A DNA stretch of 62,940 nucleotides, the filler included, from Catajapyx aquilonaris (lineage: Eukaryota): assembly GCA_000934665.2 (NCBI GenBank). It is 3 parts of 3 records of this genome, joined end to end, with 100 filler letters (N's around TTAATTAATTAA, not from the genome) between each part and the next. Parts side by side here need not be neighbours in the genome. Positions count along the whole stretch, not along the records: positions 42,596 to 62,940 come from JYFJ02006298.1; 2 more parts are not named here. The stretch is one strand, 5' to 3'. Below, one piece after another: positions 62,661-62,940 of this stretch. The notes below the pieces were generated by a model. The model saw only the letters and a program-made list of their open reading frames with translations. It was not told the origin of the DNA and did no database searches. The translations under genes were made by a program, and so were the position numbers. Every line of letters begins with the position of its first letter. The first letter of the stretch is position 1.

Positions 62661-62940
62661 GTGAATGTTTATGTAACATTGCCCTTGCCCTACAAGGCTA
62701 CAATCTGTTTGATAAATACTTCGGCGAACTACATGCAGTCCTAGTGAGACCCCAAGAATAGTTTCTTAAATGTTGACATGGGATTGATCGGTACAAAGGT
62801 GTCCTCGGTCGATGAATTAAAATTTAAGGTCTTTCCCAATATATTTACCTCAACTACCAGAGACACAGTTGGTTGAGTGATGAGAGAGCAATAATTAGCT
62901 CCGAAAAACAACGCCGTCAATCTTATCAACGCACAACACC

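Noticed and set aside
62570..62761. Poly-Tyr ORF (and the SLSL/RERE ORFs at 20661-21167 and the IYLF ORF at 33486-33683)
   Set aside because: These are translations of microsatellites or SINE tails.

Overview
AT-rich, repeat-dense eukaryotic genomic DNA. It is probably arthropod, an inference from the divergent ionotropic receptor and the TE types. The window holds three contigs joined by N-gaps carrying a TTAATTAATTAA linker. Host genes are: one coding exon of an Epac2/RAPGEF4-like gene (minus); the BTB/T1 domain of a KCTD8/12/16-like gene; an intronless ionotropic receptor of about 676 aa; a complete six-exon cis-prenyltransferase (DHDDS-like, 296 aa); and an inverted, frameshifted copy of that gene's first three exons about 15 kb away. 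Most of the rest is mobile DNA: an internally deleted CACTA/EnSpm element, the 5' part of a Helitron, a nearly intact two-gene PIF/Harbinger element, a second decayed Harbinger, many MITEs, tRNA-headed SINEs and several spacer-less palindromes. The most unusual item is the second Harbinger. It carries two diverged DDE transposase cores in tandem that a putative 83-nt GT-AG intron would join in frame, and it sits head-to-head with the DHDDS duplicate. The SINEs appear to recombine head, core and tail modules. All calls come from manual reading and motif recognition. No alignment or database search was run.
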